This document shows, piece by piece, positions 37,271 through 46,029 of a stretch of 47,402 nucleotides of DNA (positions within the stretch are counted from its first letter, which is position 1; every line of letters begins with the position of its first letter). A model generated the notes under the pieces. The model was not told the DNA's origin and ran no database searches. It saw only the letters and a list, made by a program, of their open reading frames with translations. The position numbers were made by a program, and so were the translations under genes. Source of the stretch: Candidatus Micrarchaeota archaeon (GTDB lineage Archaea; Micrarchaeota; Micrarchaeia; Anstonellales; Bilamarchaeaceae); the NCBI GenBank assembly GCA_029557835.1, contig JAKQHW010000060.1:1-47402 (forward strand). Direction: 5' to 3'.

Positions 37271-38140
37271 ATGGGTATCGAGTTTCCAGATTGTAGCAAA
37301 GCACAATCCCTTTCCGCAAGGCAGATTTCCAGGGAGCTTACAAAGGATTGGCCGCGGCTTAAGGAACAGCTAACCTTCCTTGCGCGGCATCTGACCAAAT
37401 GGAACCTTGTGAAAGCTATTGGAATCCTTTCAGAGGCGCGGAAAAGCCGCTTTTTGCGCAGGAAAACCCCCAAGTACGGCTCTATGAACAAGGGCTTTAC
37501 GGAAGAGGAATTGGAGCGGTTTTTCAGCGCCATAGACAACCCGAAGGCGCACCTGCTCTTTTCCTTCCAGGCGATTCTTGGGCTGCGCATAGGGGAGGCC
37601 ATAAGGGTGAATGTAAAGGACCTTAACCTGCGCAGCCGCGAGCTGCGCATCTTCACGGAGAAGAGCGGCAAGACGGACTATCTCCTGCTTCCGGAGAAAC
37701 TGTTCGACGCCGTCTTGAGCTACATCGGCTCCTTCGAAAAGGACATCGCGAAGGCGCAGGGCCATCTCTTCTTCTCCCTAGAGGAAGGGCTGAAGACCGA
37801 CAAGACCAAGCCGCACATCACCTCCCAGACCGCAAGGAAATTCTTCATGAAATACGTGAAGAAGGCCAAGCTGGACGAGGTTTATGGGTACAGCGTTGGG
37901 GAAAGCCCGAAGACGCTGTATAGGTTGAGCACCCATAGCTTGCGGCACTATGCAATTACGAACTTCTGCAGGAAGAATGGGGGAAACGTGATGCTGGCCT
38001 CCAAGTTTGCCAGGCACACCAACCTCCAAACCACGATGATATACGTGCACACGGCCAAGAATGAGCTTTACGAGAGCATAGAAAGGGCGAACAACGATGA
38101 GCTTTTGGAGAAGGTGAGGAAGATGCAGGAGGGGATTTGA
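37199..38140 (+). CDS. tyrosine recombinase/integrase (copy 1)
   Basis: GLRIGEA, STHSLRHYAIT and HTNLQTTMIYVH supply the R...HxxR...H...Y catalytic set. The start is ATG 37199 or 37271. The track fuses it to an upstream out-of-frame region as a 660-aa ORF. Confidence 0.9.
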   Translation: MEIFQTVSGPQFPVSRSKKGGFPVMGIEFPDCSKAQSLSARQISRELTKDWPRLKEQLTFLARHLTKWNLVKAIGILSEARKSRFLRRKTPKYGSMNKGFTEEELERFFSAIDNPKAHLLFSFQAILGLRIGEAIRVNVKDLNLRSRELRIFTEKSGKTDYLLLPEKLFDAVLSYIGSFEKDIAKAQGHLFFSLEEGLKTDKTKPHITSQTARKFFMKYVKKAKLDEVYGYSVGESPKTLYRLSTHSLRHYAITNFCRKNGGNVMLASKFARHTNLQTTMIYVHTAKNELYESIERANNDELLEKVRKMQEGI

Positions 38141-38190
38141 AGATTCTGACATAAGGTAACTATTTAAGAAGGTTGATAAGAAATAGTGCC

Positions 38191-39432
38191 ATGTCAAAGC
38201 CGTGGTTAAATTCCTTTTTAGAGAAGGCTAGTCCTGTCAAAGAAAGAGTACAACTAGAAAAGATTTTGGCGGATGAATTGATCAAAAATGTCTATAATTT
38301 TGATCTCAGCAGCTATGGCGAAAAGCAAGAAGTAGAAAGAAGAAAACTGCTAGCAAGCGCATTTGATTTACTTATAGCGGCCGAGTATTATCGCGGGGTT
38401 TCTCATTCTGGTTGGATTTACTGTCCTGACAAAACGCCATATTTATTCTACCCATATACAAACTGTTGCCCCAGATGCGTTTTGAAAAATGTATTTGTCT
38501 TCCACGAATCAAACAAATTAGAATCAGGTAGTATCGGCTCTTCGACATCTAGGCTATTATGCATTTTTCTAAAATCAATATTTGAGTATAAGAAAAAAGA
38601 GATTGAAGTACTAAAAAGTGTAGAACCAGTTGATGTCATTATTAGGGATAAGAAGAATAAATATGTTTTTTTGGCTGAAATAAAGGCTTCTCCTTTAGTT
38701 ACTCCGCCCCTATGCGCAACTTCTCAGCGCCTCACCGAAGAAACTGCAGGCACATCCGTAGAACGCGGCCATTCAAGTTCGGATAATTCTCATTTATATG
38801 GATCAGAGATTCATTTAATGATACCAGCCAAGAAAAACGATAAATGGGTAACAAAATACTTCAATATCGGAATTAGAGCTAATTTAAAGGATGAGGACTG
38901 GGCTTATCGCGGAATGCTTGAATTACTAAAAAATGACAAGAACTTTTTTGGTGAATTTTACTCATTCTGGAAAGAAGCATTTTCATACTGTTACCCAAAA
39001 AAACAGCAAGATATTTTTTGGCTAACAAATGCGTGTGGCGCCCCTTACCCAATACCTAGTGATTGGCCTGGCAGACGGAGAGGTGGCGGCTTTGAAACCA
39101 TATCAGATTCAAAAACTAGCGTAGGTTTAGACAGAACAGATGATATCAAGAAAGGCATATACCAAGTCTTGAAGATTGGGTCTGAAGCCAAGCCAATAAC
39201 TTCAGATTGGGCGCTTAAAGTAGGCCTAATATCAAATATACATCCAGTTCGACACTTTTCTGAATATCTCGCTTCACTAAAGGACATTGTTTGGACCAGC
39301 TACCCGAAACCAGTTCGCAAAGCTGGTGATCTGCCTTCAGAAAAAGACATATACAATTTGTTTGATGGAATAATTTCGCTGACCGATACAATAGTACGGG
39401 ATGATTGGGTTAAACAAACATTTAAGTTCTGA
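38191..39432 (+). CDS. PD-(D/E)xK nuclease-like protein, candidate restriction endonuclease
   Basis: EPVDVIIRDKKNKYVFLAEIKASP gives a D-x14-E-I-K signature. A Cys cluster YCPDK...CCPRC lies upstream. The gene ends 8 nt before the methyltransferase gene. I prefer ATG 38191 (track start TTG 38173). Confidence 0.6.
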   Translation: MSKPWLNSFLEKASPVKERVQLEKILADELIKNVYNFDLSSYGEKQEVERRKLLASAFDLLIAAEYYRGVSHSGWIYCPDKTPYLFYPYTNCCPRCVLKNVFVFHESNKLESGSIGSSTSRLLCIFLKSIFEYKKKEIEVLKSVEPVDVIIRDKKNKYVFLAEIKASPLVTPPLCATSQRLTEETAGTSVERGHSSSDNSHLYGSEIHLMIPAKKNDKWVTKYFNIGIRANLKDEDWAYRGMLELLKNDKNFFGEFYSFWKEAFSYCYPKKQQDIFWLTNACGAPYPIPSDWPGRRRGGGFETISDSKTSVGLDRTDDIKKGIYQVLKIGSEAKPITSDWALKVGLISNIHPVRHFSEYLASLKDIVWTSYPKPVRKAGDLPSEKDIYNLFDGIISLTDTIVRDDWVKQTFKF

Positions 39433-39440
39433 GGCGACGT

Positions 39441-41234
39441 ATGCAATTAAATCATGAAGAACTAGCGTTTCTAAAAATCAGAGCCAACGTAGCATTAGAT
39501 GGAGATATCCAACTCGCAGAAAATGAGGTAATTAGCTTATTCGATGCCGTCAAAAGAGTACAAATTGTTTCTGAGCTTCCAAAAGAATGGATGTGGGCGT
39601 CTAAGTATTTCACTGGAGCCAAAAGAAAGAATTCACTCATGGGTTTTTTATGCTCAAAAAAGAAATACTCTATTCTTGATACTGTAAGAAAACTAAGTTT
39701 TATTGAAGAAGTTTGGTTCGATAAATGCTCGGCTGATACTATAAGCTCACAAAATTATGATTGGCTTACTACTATAACGAATTGCAAGGGTGGACAACTA
39801 GAATGTGCGATACCTTTAATGGCAGCAGCGGAATTACTTTCTAAGACAAAAAAAATTGATACCGAACAGCTAAATGAAACCAATTTAGTAAATCTATTGA
39901 TTACGAATGAAGAAAATGGAGATATCCATGATAGTCTTATTGACAGCAAATCTAAATTAACTCCATCTTCAATTCCGCATGTACACCGTTTGCACAAATA
40001 TAAAGCAAAATTCTTTCCACGGATGATTCGTTCTTTGCTAAATACAGTTTCAAACGATGCACCTCGGATGGACGGAAATCACATAATGATACTAGATCCG
40101 TTTGTGGGTAGTGGCACTACGCTAGTGGAAGCTGCATTACTGGGATGTCCTAGCACCGGTATAGATATAGACCCCTTATCCTGTTTGATTTCAGAATCTA
40201 AGATATATCTCCTAAATAGTGATTTTCGTGATATTAGATCAGCATGTCATAGCATCATTGACTTACATAAAGAAATTAATCCTAATAGAGAAAATGGTAC
40301 TCCTTACAAATTTCCTAAAGTGATAAGCAAAAAATTTGATAAATGGGGAACAATAGAAGAAAAAGAAGCATATGAAAATGAGATTGATACGTGGAGAGCA
40401 ACAATATCCACTATCAAGGAAAAAAGGATTAGAGATCTATTCTTTGTGTGCCTAAGTGATAGTCTAACCAGAAAGTTTAATATCAGAATGATGGGTACTG
40501 GCGTAGGCAGATTTGCATTGGAGATATCATCAAAGGGCATAACCAGTATGATGTATCAAAATATTGAGCATTTGATGAGATCGAGTTTTACATGCAACCA
40601 GTTAAGAATCGCTTACTCTCTTCGCCTCCCATCTGCAGAAGTAAAACAAGGAGACGCAAGAAAAATGGATGTAAAAGACGAATCGAAGAGCATAATTTTG
40701 ACTTCGCCACCTTATTTGCCTGCATCTTCCGGAAGAGAAAATTACTTAACTGGGAAATCTATTTCAATCACTGCGTTGGGCCTACTTGATGAAAAAGAAT
40801 TACTACAATATGATGAGAATAGTTTAGGGTCTATGAAAGCAAATTCTTCAGCCAATAAAGATGGTATCCCGGAAGCCGTATACGATTTATTTGAATGGTT
40901 AAAGAAGGATGAATCTAGGGCACTTAAAGCCGAACCAATATTGGCATATTACCAAGACATCAAAGCGGCATTAGAAGAAACTTATCGCGTTTTGATGCCA
41001 GGCGGCCTGGCAATTTATGTAATCGGGAAAGAAAGTGTTTTTTATCAGTTTTCTACTAGAAAAGTGCTACGCCGTGTGATGTGCGACCAAATATTCATAG
41101 AACTTGCAAAAAACGCAGGCTTTGAAGTTGTTAAACAAATTGATATAGAGCTCGATAAAAGGAATCGAAACGCTAGACCTCGCTCTAAAGACTCGTACTT
41201 CGAATCAGCTATAATTATAAAAAAACCTAGATAA
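39441..41234 (+). CDS. DNA methyltransferase (N6-adenine or N4-cytosine), SPPY type, with long N-terminal extension
   Basis: Motif I is ILDPFVGSGTT and motif IV is ILTSPPYLPASSGRENY. It has the same architecture as the host-GC methyltransferase at 21309-22448. Confidence 0.85.
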   Translation: MQLNHEELAFLKIRANVALDGDIQLAENEVISLFDAVKRVQIVSELPKEWMWASKYFTGAKRKNSLMGFLCSKKKYSILDTVRKLSFIEEVWFDKCSADTISSQNYDWLTTITNCKGGQLECAIPLMAAAELLSKTKKIDTEQLNETNLVNLLITNEENGDIHDSLIDSKSKLTPSSIPHVHRLHKYKAKFFPRMIRSLLNTVSNDAPRMDGNHIMILDPFVGSGTTLVEAALLGCPSTGIDIDPLSCLISESKIYLLNSDFRDIRSACHSIIDLHKEINPNRENGTPYKFPKVISKKFDKWGTIEEKEAYENEIDTWRATISTIKEKRIRDLFFVCLSDSLTRKFNIRMMGTGVGRFALEISSKGITSMMYQNIEHLMRSSFTCNQLRIAYSLRLPSAEVKQGDARKMDVKDESKSIILTSPPYLPASSGRENYLTGKSISITALGLLDEKELLQYDENSLGSMKANSSANKDGIPEAVYDLFEWLKKDESRALKAEPILAYYQDIKAALEETYRVLMPGGLAIYVIGKESVFYQFSTRKVLRRVMCDQIFIELAKNAGFEVVKQIDIELDKRNRNARPRSKDSYFESAIIIKKPR

Positions 41235-41259
41235 CCGAACAAATAGATGTGATAAATCA

Positions 41260-42717
41260 TTACTCATTAAGTAAATTTGATAAATCACCGGCGATTGAAC
41301 GTTTTCTTGAAGAACGCTCAGTAGCTTGCAAAAGTTGTAACATTTCATTTTCCTTAATCATATAAAACGAGTTTCGTATTTGGGGAACCTTCTTATCTTG
41401 TAAAAATTTGCTATTGAAAATCTGACCAAAGGACCATTCTAAAGAAGAACTCTCGTATCTAAGGTCTTTATTTCTAATCATATCCAAGTATCTTTCCAAT
41501 AGTATGGCCAATGAGCTAATTGGGATGAATACTACACATTCTCCATCCATAAGTTTGTCTTCAAAACGTTTACAAAAATCTTCGAGTTTGCTTTGATCTG
41601 CAAAATTCAAGCCTACAAAAGCCAAAGTAACTTTTACATTATTACCAATGTTCCTGGCACTAACTAGGTAATTTTCATATTTCTCTGATATCGCTTTTTT
41701 CAAATCGGTTTCGGTTTCAAACTTTGAATCAACCAAAACTAAAAATTCTTTTTGATTAGATGCATTCCTAACATAAAAAGCCGTATCCGGCACTGCTTCT
41801 CCAGAAGAATGATGGCCCCCCTCTTCAAGGTTCAATAGAAAAATATGGTCAAAGGCTACCTTCGTCAAATTCTCAAAATCAACCCAATTTTCCTTACCGT
41901 TCCGCTTCATCCATCTTGCCAGATTTAATGCATTTAGGATATAACGAGGATTAGTACTCGCATTGCTGACCATCACCTTTATTTTTTCGTCTTTTAAGGT
42001 ATCAAAAAATAATTTTTCTTCTTCTAAAATTTTCAAAGTAAATGAAACGTCACCATCAAGTTCCTTTATGTTTTTTCCATCAATTTTTGAATATGACGAA
42101 ACTAATCTAACTGCTGTAGTAAGGTATTGCATTTTCTCAAGAAATTCGTGCATCTCTTCGTTTTCAGAATCGATAAAAAGGATATTCATTTTTCTGCCTA
42201 TAGATTTTTTTAAAAAATCTATTAACAATTTATCATCATCGCTGAAAATAAAGAAAAAAGATGCATCAAAACCATCTAGAGAACCATCCATAACTGCGAA
42301 ATTTGAATTTGCATCCCAAAGTTTGGTGCTTTCCAAGCGTCTGTTAGGGAGAATTACTTTTATGAACCGCATTAATACCTTCTGAAAATCAATAGATAGT
42401 TCGGTCAAATCTAAAATATTGATTTCATTACTATGCGTTTTGCAAGTAACTGTCACGATATCCCCAGAACGACTGGATTTTACCTCGTTATTGCAATCAT
42501 CTTCCAAGCAGTGCGTTGGTTTTACTAATTTCTCGTGCAAGTAACCGTTATCTACTAGATATTTCAGCCGATTCGGAGCGATTAGATTCGTTGCCTCGCG
42601 ATATCTTCTAGCATATCTAAACTCTTTAAGAAGTATTTGAATTTCTGCTACATCAATAGGCATTTGTTTCACCAGAGAATAACCTGACTGCGGATTTTTC
42701 ACAATCTTCCATGTCAC
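41260..42717 (-). CDS. uncharacterised protein with wHTH-like N-terminus, Cys/His cluster and C-terminal PD-DxK nuclease-like motif
   Basis: LKYLVDNGYLHEKL, then HCLEDDCNN...VTCKTH, then VPDTAFYV-x-LVLVDSKFE (PD-x18-D-S-K). The start is 42717 or ATG 42663, and either overlaps the upstream gene. Confidence 0.55.
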   Translation of the reverse strand: MTWKIVKNPQSGYSLVKQMPIDVAEIQILLKEFRYARRYREATNLIAPNRLKYLVDNGYLHEKLVKPTHCLEDDCNNEVKSSRSGDIVTVTCKTHSNEINILDLTELSIDFQKVLMRFIKVILPNRRLESTKLWDANSNFAVMDGSLDGFDASFFFIFSDDDKLLIDFLKKSIGRKMNILFIDSENEEMHEFLEKMQYLTTAVRLVSSYSKIDGKNIKELDGDVSFTLKILEEEKLFFDTLKDEKIKVMVSNASTNPRYILNALNLARWMKRNGKENWVDFENLTKVAFDHIFLLNLEEGGHHSSGEAVPDTAFYVRNASNQKEFLVLVDSKFETETDLKKAISEKYENYLVSARNIGNNVKVTLAFVGLNFADQSKLEDFCKRFEDKLMDGECVVFIPISSLAILLERYLDMIRNKDLRYESSSLEWSFGQIFNSKFLQDKKVPQIRNSFYMIKENEMLQLLQATERSSRKRSIAGDLSNLLNE

Positions 42718-43849
42718 TGATACAATGGGCCGTTTTTCCTATCCGGACTGTTTTCCCATTAAGCGAAACAATGAATGTCCTCTCAGAAGTTTTGGACAAT
42801 AGATCATGCGCACCCTTCAAAAAACCGGGCGCAGTTTTCTCAGCCTGATCAAAGTCTTCAACATCCACGGAGACATCGTGATAGCCGCTGCTGTCCCTAA
42901 TCGTAAAACCTCTATATTCTATCTTGTCTAGTGCCCCTACTATTCTTTCCTTTTCTTCTTGTTTTATTTTCAATTTATCAAGAGTCTTCTTTGCTTCTGC
43001 AATTGAGGATTTAACAATACTCTGCCCTATGGTCTCTAGTTTGCCCGTCTTGCCCATCGCTTCTTTGAGTTCCTTAGTTATTCTTTTCTGTAGTTTTTCG
43101 CTATTATATTCAACTCTCCATCCTGTTTCAAATAACAAATTAAGTATGCCATCAGATAACTCTCGATCCGGTATGCTGCTAACATATTTCAGTTCTTCAC
43201 CCTCACCGACTATTTCAAAGTCTGAAAATCTCAACGGATATGCGACTGTCCAGACCACTGAAAAATTTTGATTAGAACGGATATCTCGGTTATTAGCCCT
43301 GAAGTTAAATTGAGGAATCTTTCTAGAGCCATATTCCGAATAAATGCGTAGCTTCAGGTTATTTTTTTCCAAAACAACCGGTTCAATCCATAGTTTAGAG
43401 ATATGGCCAACGTTCCATTGCTGCGTAAAATTCTGCAATGTACGTTCGATGTTATCTAGGTTCTTTCTTTTGCCGACCAGAGTTGTCCCTGACAGAACAG
43501 TAGTACTTTTTACCTGAGCTTGCTCAAGTATTTTATTTGCATGCTCCTCAGTATGTGTAGTTATAAGAAAAATTAGGATATCGTCCTTAGTCCGGATACT
43601 ATCAATATTATCAAATTTATCGCGAAAGAGGGTAACAAGCGCTTTTTTTACTTTATTTACGCTGATGCGTGACCCAACAATCTTTTTCCAAACGATGAGT
43701 ACGCTCTCTAGTTTCGTTTGATCCAGACTCAATAAAGAATCAACAAGTACTCTGCCTTTTGGTTGCTGCCCAGTAATAACTGTGAATAAGATCTTCCTAT
43801 TACTTGCACGGATTCTTCTCAGCAAACCCTCTTTTTCTTCGTACTGCAT
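42653..43849 (-). CDS. hypothetical protein (398 aa), no recognisable motif
   Basis: A long ORF in AT-rich DNA, where random ORFs are short. It is co-oriented with and overlaps the downstream nuclease-like gene. Confidence 0.6.
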   Translation of the reverse strand: MQYEEKEGLLRRIRASNRKILFTVITGQQPKGRVLVDSLLSLDQTKLESVLIVWKKIVGSRISVNKVKKALVTLFRDKFDNIDSIRTKDDILIFLITTHTEEHANKILEQAQVKSTTVLSGTTLVGKRKNLDNIERTLQNFTQQWNVGHISKLWIEPVVLEKNNLKLRIYSEYGSRKIPQFNFRANNRDIRSNQNFSVVWTVAYPLRFSDFEIVGEGEELKYVSSIPDRELSDGILNLLFETGWRVEYNSEKLQKRITKELKEAMGKTGKLETIGQSIVKSSIAEAKKTLDKLKIKQEEKERIVGALDKIEYRGFTIRDSSGYHDVSVDVEDFDQAEKTAPGFLKGAHDLLSKTSERTFIVSLNGKTVRIGKTAHCISDMEDCEKSAVRLFSGETNAY

Positions 43850-43898
43850 AGAGCCATTTCCGTTCTTTATTTTAAATATTTAACTTTTCTCGCAAAAT

Positions 43899-44285
43899 TC
43901 ATTTTCCGCGTATTCCCTTGAGGAAATTGTCTGTTATCACTCTATTCCGTGCTATTTCGGACCTCTGCTTCCTCACATTTTCCCGACTGGTCTTTATGTT
44001 CTCAAGATCCAACTGTCCGCTTATTTTACGAACTTCCCTGGCCGTACGCTCTCTTTCCCTCTCCAGTTTGAGCTTTTCGGCCTCGACTCTAGTATCTGCG
44101 TTATACTTCCTTATCCAAGTATTAATCCCAAAAGTGATCAGCCCACATATGAAAGCAAGGGCAGAAGCGGGCAGCAAAAAAGACATTTGAGGTTGGGAAA
44201 TGGCTCCGAGCAGGGCAATTGCTGAGACGATCATACAACCTGCCGGAACATTCTGAATTGTGAGTATCTTTTCGAGATTATTCAC
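43899..44285 (-). CDS. small membrane protein with charged coiled-coil tail
   Basis: Two hydrophobic helices (CMIVSAIALLGAI, FLLPASALAFICGLITFGI) are followed by the Arg/Glu-rich EAEKLKLERERERTAREVRK. GTG start; ATG 44234 is an alternative. Confidence 0.5.
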   Translation of the reverse strand: MNNLEKILTIQNVPAGCMIVSAIALLGAISQPQMSFLLPASALAFICGLITFGINTWIRKYNADTRVEAEKLKLERERERTAREVRKISGQLDLENIKTSRENVRKQRSEIARNRVITDNFLKGIRGK

Positions 44286-44441
44286 TTCCTAGCACCTATC
44301 CTAATTGGTATTACGGGTTATTTGTTTATTTTACTTCGCTCTGCATGGCAACTGTCCTCCAAACCTGAATAGTGGCATCACCGGAAGGGAGGTCTCCCCG
44401 GCTTTATAAGGAAAGTGCGAGCATTCTGCGTGGGGATTGTG

Positions 44442-44735
44442 ATGAAAGCAGATGAAGAAACAGTGGCTAAGGTCTGGGAAAAAGGAAAGCGGGTTCCGGG
44501 AATAGATCCGGCTAAATGGAGAAAAGACGATTGCAATGCTTGGATTCTGCGCAGTGCATACGGGGACCGCAACTCTGATTACGGATGGGAAATAGACCAT
44601 ATAAACGCTGGGGGAAATGATGACCTGTCCAATAAGCGACCTCTGCAGTGGAAGAACAATGTTGACAAAAGCGATGGCCGCCTCAAATGCAACGTTACGT
44701 CTCAAGGTTCGAGCAATGTAGGGACGGGGCAGTAG
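44442..44735 (+). CDS. small HNH endonuclease
   Basis: GWEIDHINAGGNDDLSNKRPLQWKNNVDKSD is an HNH core. TATA-like ggctttataagg lies about 35 nt upstream. I prefer ATG 44442. Confidence 0.75.
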   Translation: MKADEETVAKVWEKGKRVPGIDPAKWRKDDCNAWILRSAYGDRNSDYGWEIDHINAGGNDDLSNKRPLQWKNNVDKSDGRLKCNVTSQGSSNVGTGQ

Positions 44736-44742
44736 TGATTTC

Positions 44743-44952
44743 TTGACAAACTATATCGTATTGGAAGTCGGAAAATCGGTCAGAACTGAGTTTTTGATGA
44801 AAAGCGGGGAGTTCGGGGAAACCGAAGACGCGGTCGTTATCGGCAGGGTGGAAGCGGGTTCAAAAGAAGAAGCAATTGACCTTGCCATATCCCTCCCTTA
44901 CTGCAAAAACAGGGAATTTGACAACCTTGTCGCGTATGAAATTAGTGGTTAG
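44743..44952 (+). CDS. hypothetical small protein
   Basis: 69-codon ORF with a TTG start directly after the HNH gene. No motif recognised. Confidence 0.3.
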   Translation: MTNYIVLEVGKSVRTEFLMKSGEFGETEDAVVIGRVEAGSKEEAIDLAISLPYCKNREFDNLVAYEISG

Positions 44953-45449
44953 CGCGAGTTGCGGACTACCTAGAAATTATTCAGATGGTTTTGAGACAGT
45001 TTTGAGATAGTTTTCTGAATAGCCATTGAGAAACAGGACATGGTCGCTCGTTCTCGCCTTTCGGCGTGCTCGTTTTATTTCTTTGCCCTTCGCTCAGGCT
45101 GAAAAGCACTTAAAGTTCCAGCCCTGCGGGTTCGCTCAGGAGAGCGAAAACTTTAATGTGCATTTCGCCTTCGCTCCGGGCACGCTACTGCTAAAGAGAA
45201 TAATAACTCGCACCGAACGAGCGACCTCTGCTTCTGCGACGTGGGGAAGTTTTGCTCGCTTCACTCCTTCCAGCCCTTAGAACGTGAAATGGCGGGCTTC
45301 GGAGTGAAGCTCGCTCTAAAACTTCCCCGAAAGGAGAAGCCGGGGAAGGGAAGTGGTGAAAAACATGGAAGAAAATGGGAAAACTGAGGTCGATGAAAGG
45401 AAGTGGGCGCTCTACGAGCAGAGCCGCGAAGTCGGAAAATGGTGATGCC

Positions 45450-45812
45450 ATGCAGAATTTCAAGAATTTGAAGGTTTATGAGGAGGCCTTCCGTCTGTCA
45501 AAGGACATTTTCGAGTTCATGGAAGACAAGCAGATGAGCCGGAGGGCGAAGGAGCAGCTCCTTGCCTCCGCGTCTTCCATCTGCGCGAACCTGGCTGAAA
45601 TGGGCGCTATAGACTCCAGGAAGGCACAAAATCAAAAGTTAGTCACTTGTATCGGAGAGGCCAATGAGACCGAGTATTGGCTGGATTTGTGCAATTCCCT
45701 GAAGATTATCCCGCAGAGGGAGCATCTCAATTTCATGTCTTGCCTAGTGCGCATCCGTTCAATGCTCTGCAAGCTGAAAAAATCGATTGAAAGGGGTGAT
45801 GACGATGATTAG
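45450..45812 (+). CDS. four-helix-bundle protein (S23 ribosomal / 23S rRNA intervening-sequence protein / Avd-like family)
   Basis: FKNLKVYEEAFRL...EQLLASASSICANLAEM...GEANETEYWLDL...IRSMLCKL matches the family pattern. I trimmed the start to ATG 45450. Confidence 0.8.
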   Translation: MQNFKNLKVYEEAFRLSKDIFEFMEDKQMSRRAKEQLLASASSICANLAEMGAIDSRKAQNQKLVTCIGEANETEYWLDLCNSLKIIPQREHLNFMSCLVRIRSMLCKLKKSIERGDDDD

Positions 45813-46029
45813 GTAGGAAATTTGAAATGGAAAGGAAGGAGGCTGAAATAAGCCCCAAAACGAGGAACCGGAACGATATAACAGGAAACCGGCTCTCGCC
45901 GCGGCTTTTTCGGCCGTTACCTGACGCGTCTCGTGAAACAGACGTGCCTAGCGGAGCATGTGTTCGGAAACATGCTCCCTAAAAGCATAAAAACATCAAG
46001 AAAAAATATCAAGAAATGAGGTGAAAAAC

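Noticed and set aside
36158-38140. 660-aa track ORF apparently encoding one large protein
   Set aside because: It is a chance read-through. Residues up to about 36685 are the permease N-terminus. The middle is Gly/Arg-rich out-of-frame sequence, while the true permease C-terminus is in frame 0 and ends at 37139. The last roughly 300 residues are the integrase. I split it into a frameshifted permease and a separate integrase.
44331-44705. 124-aa minus-strand ORF
   Set aside because: It lies antisense to the HNH gene, which has a clear catalytic motif, and it has no motif of its own.
44988-45020. CRISPR-like repeats
   Set aside because: There are only three contiguous 11-nt units with no spacers, which is far too short. 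I saw no repeat-spacer array or cas genes anywhere in the window.
45026-45463. Track ORFs 45026-45280 (+) and 45191-45463 (-)
   Set aside because: Their composition is low-complexity Ser/Arg/Ala/Phe, they overlap each other, and they coincide with the hairpin-rich region. Structured non-coding DNA or RNA is more plausible.
45450-45812. Diversity-generating retroelement (Avd-like gene present)
   Set aside because: The window contains no reverse transcriptase gene. I could find no template/variable repeat pair. I keep this only as something to test on the full contig.
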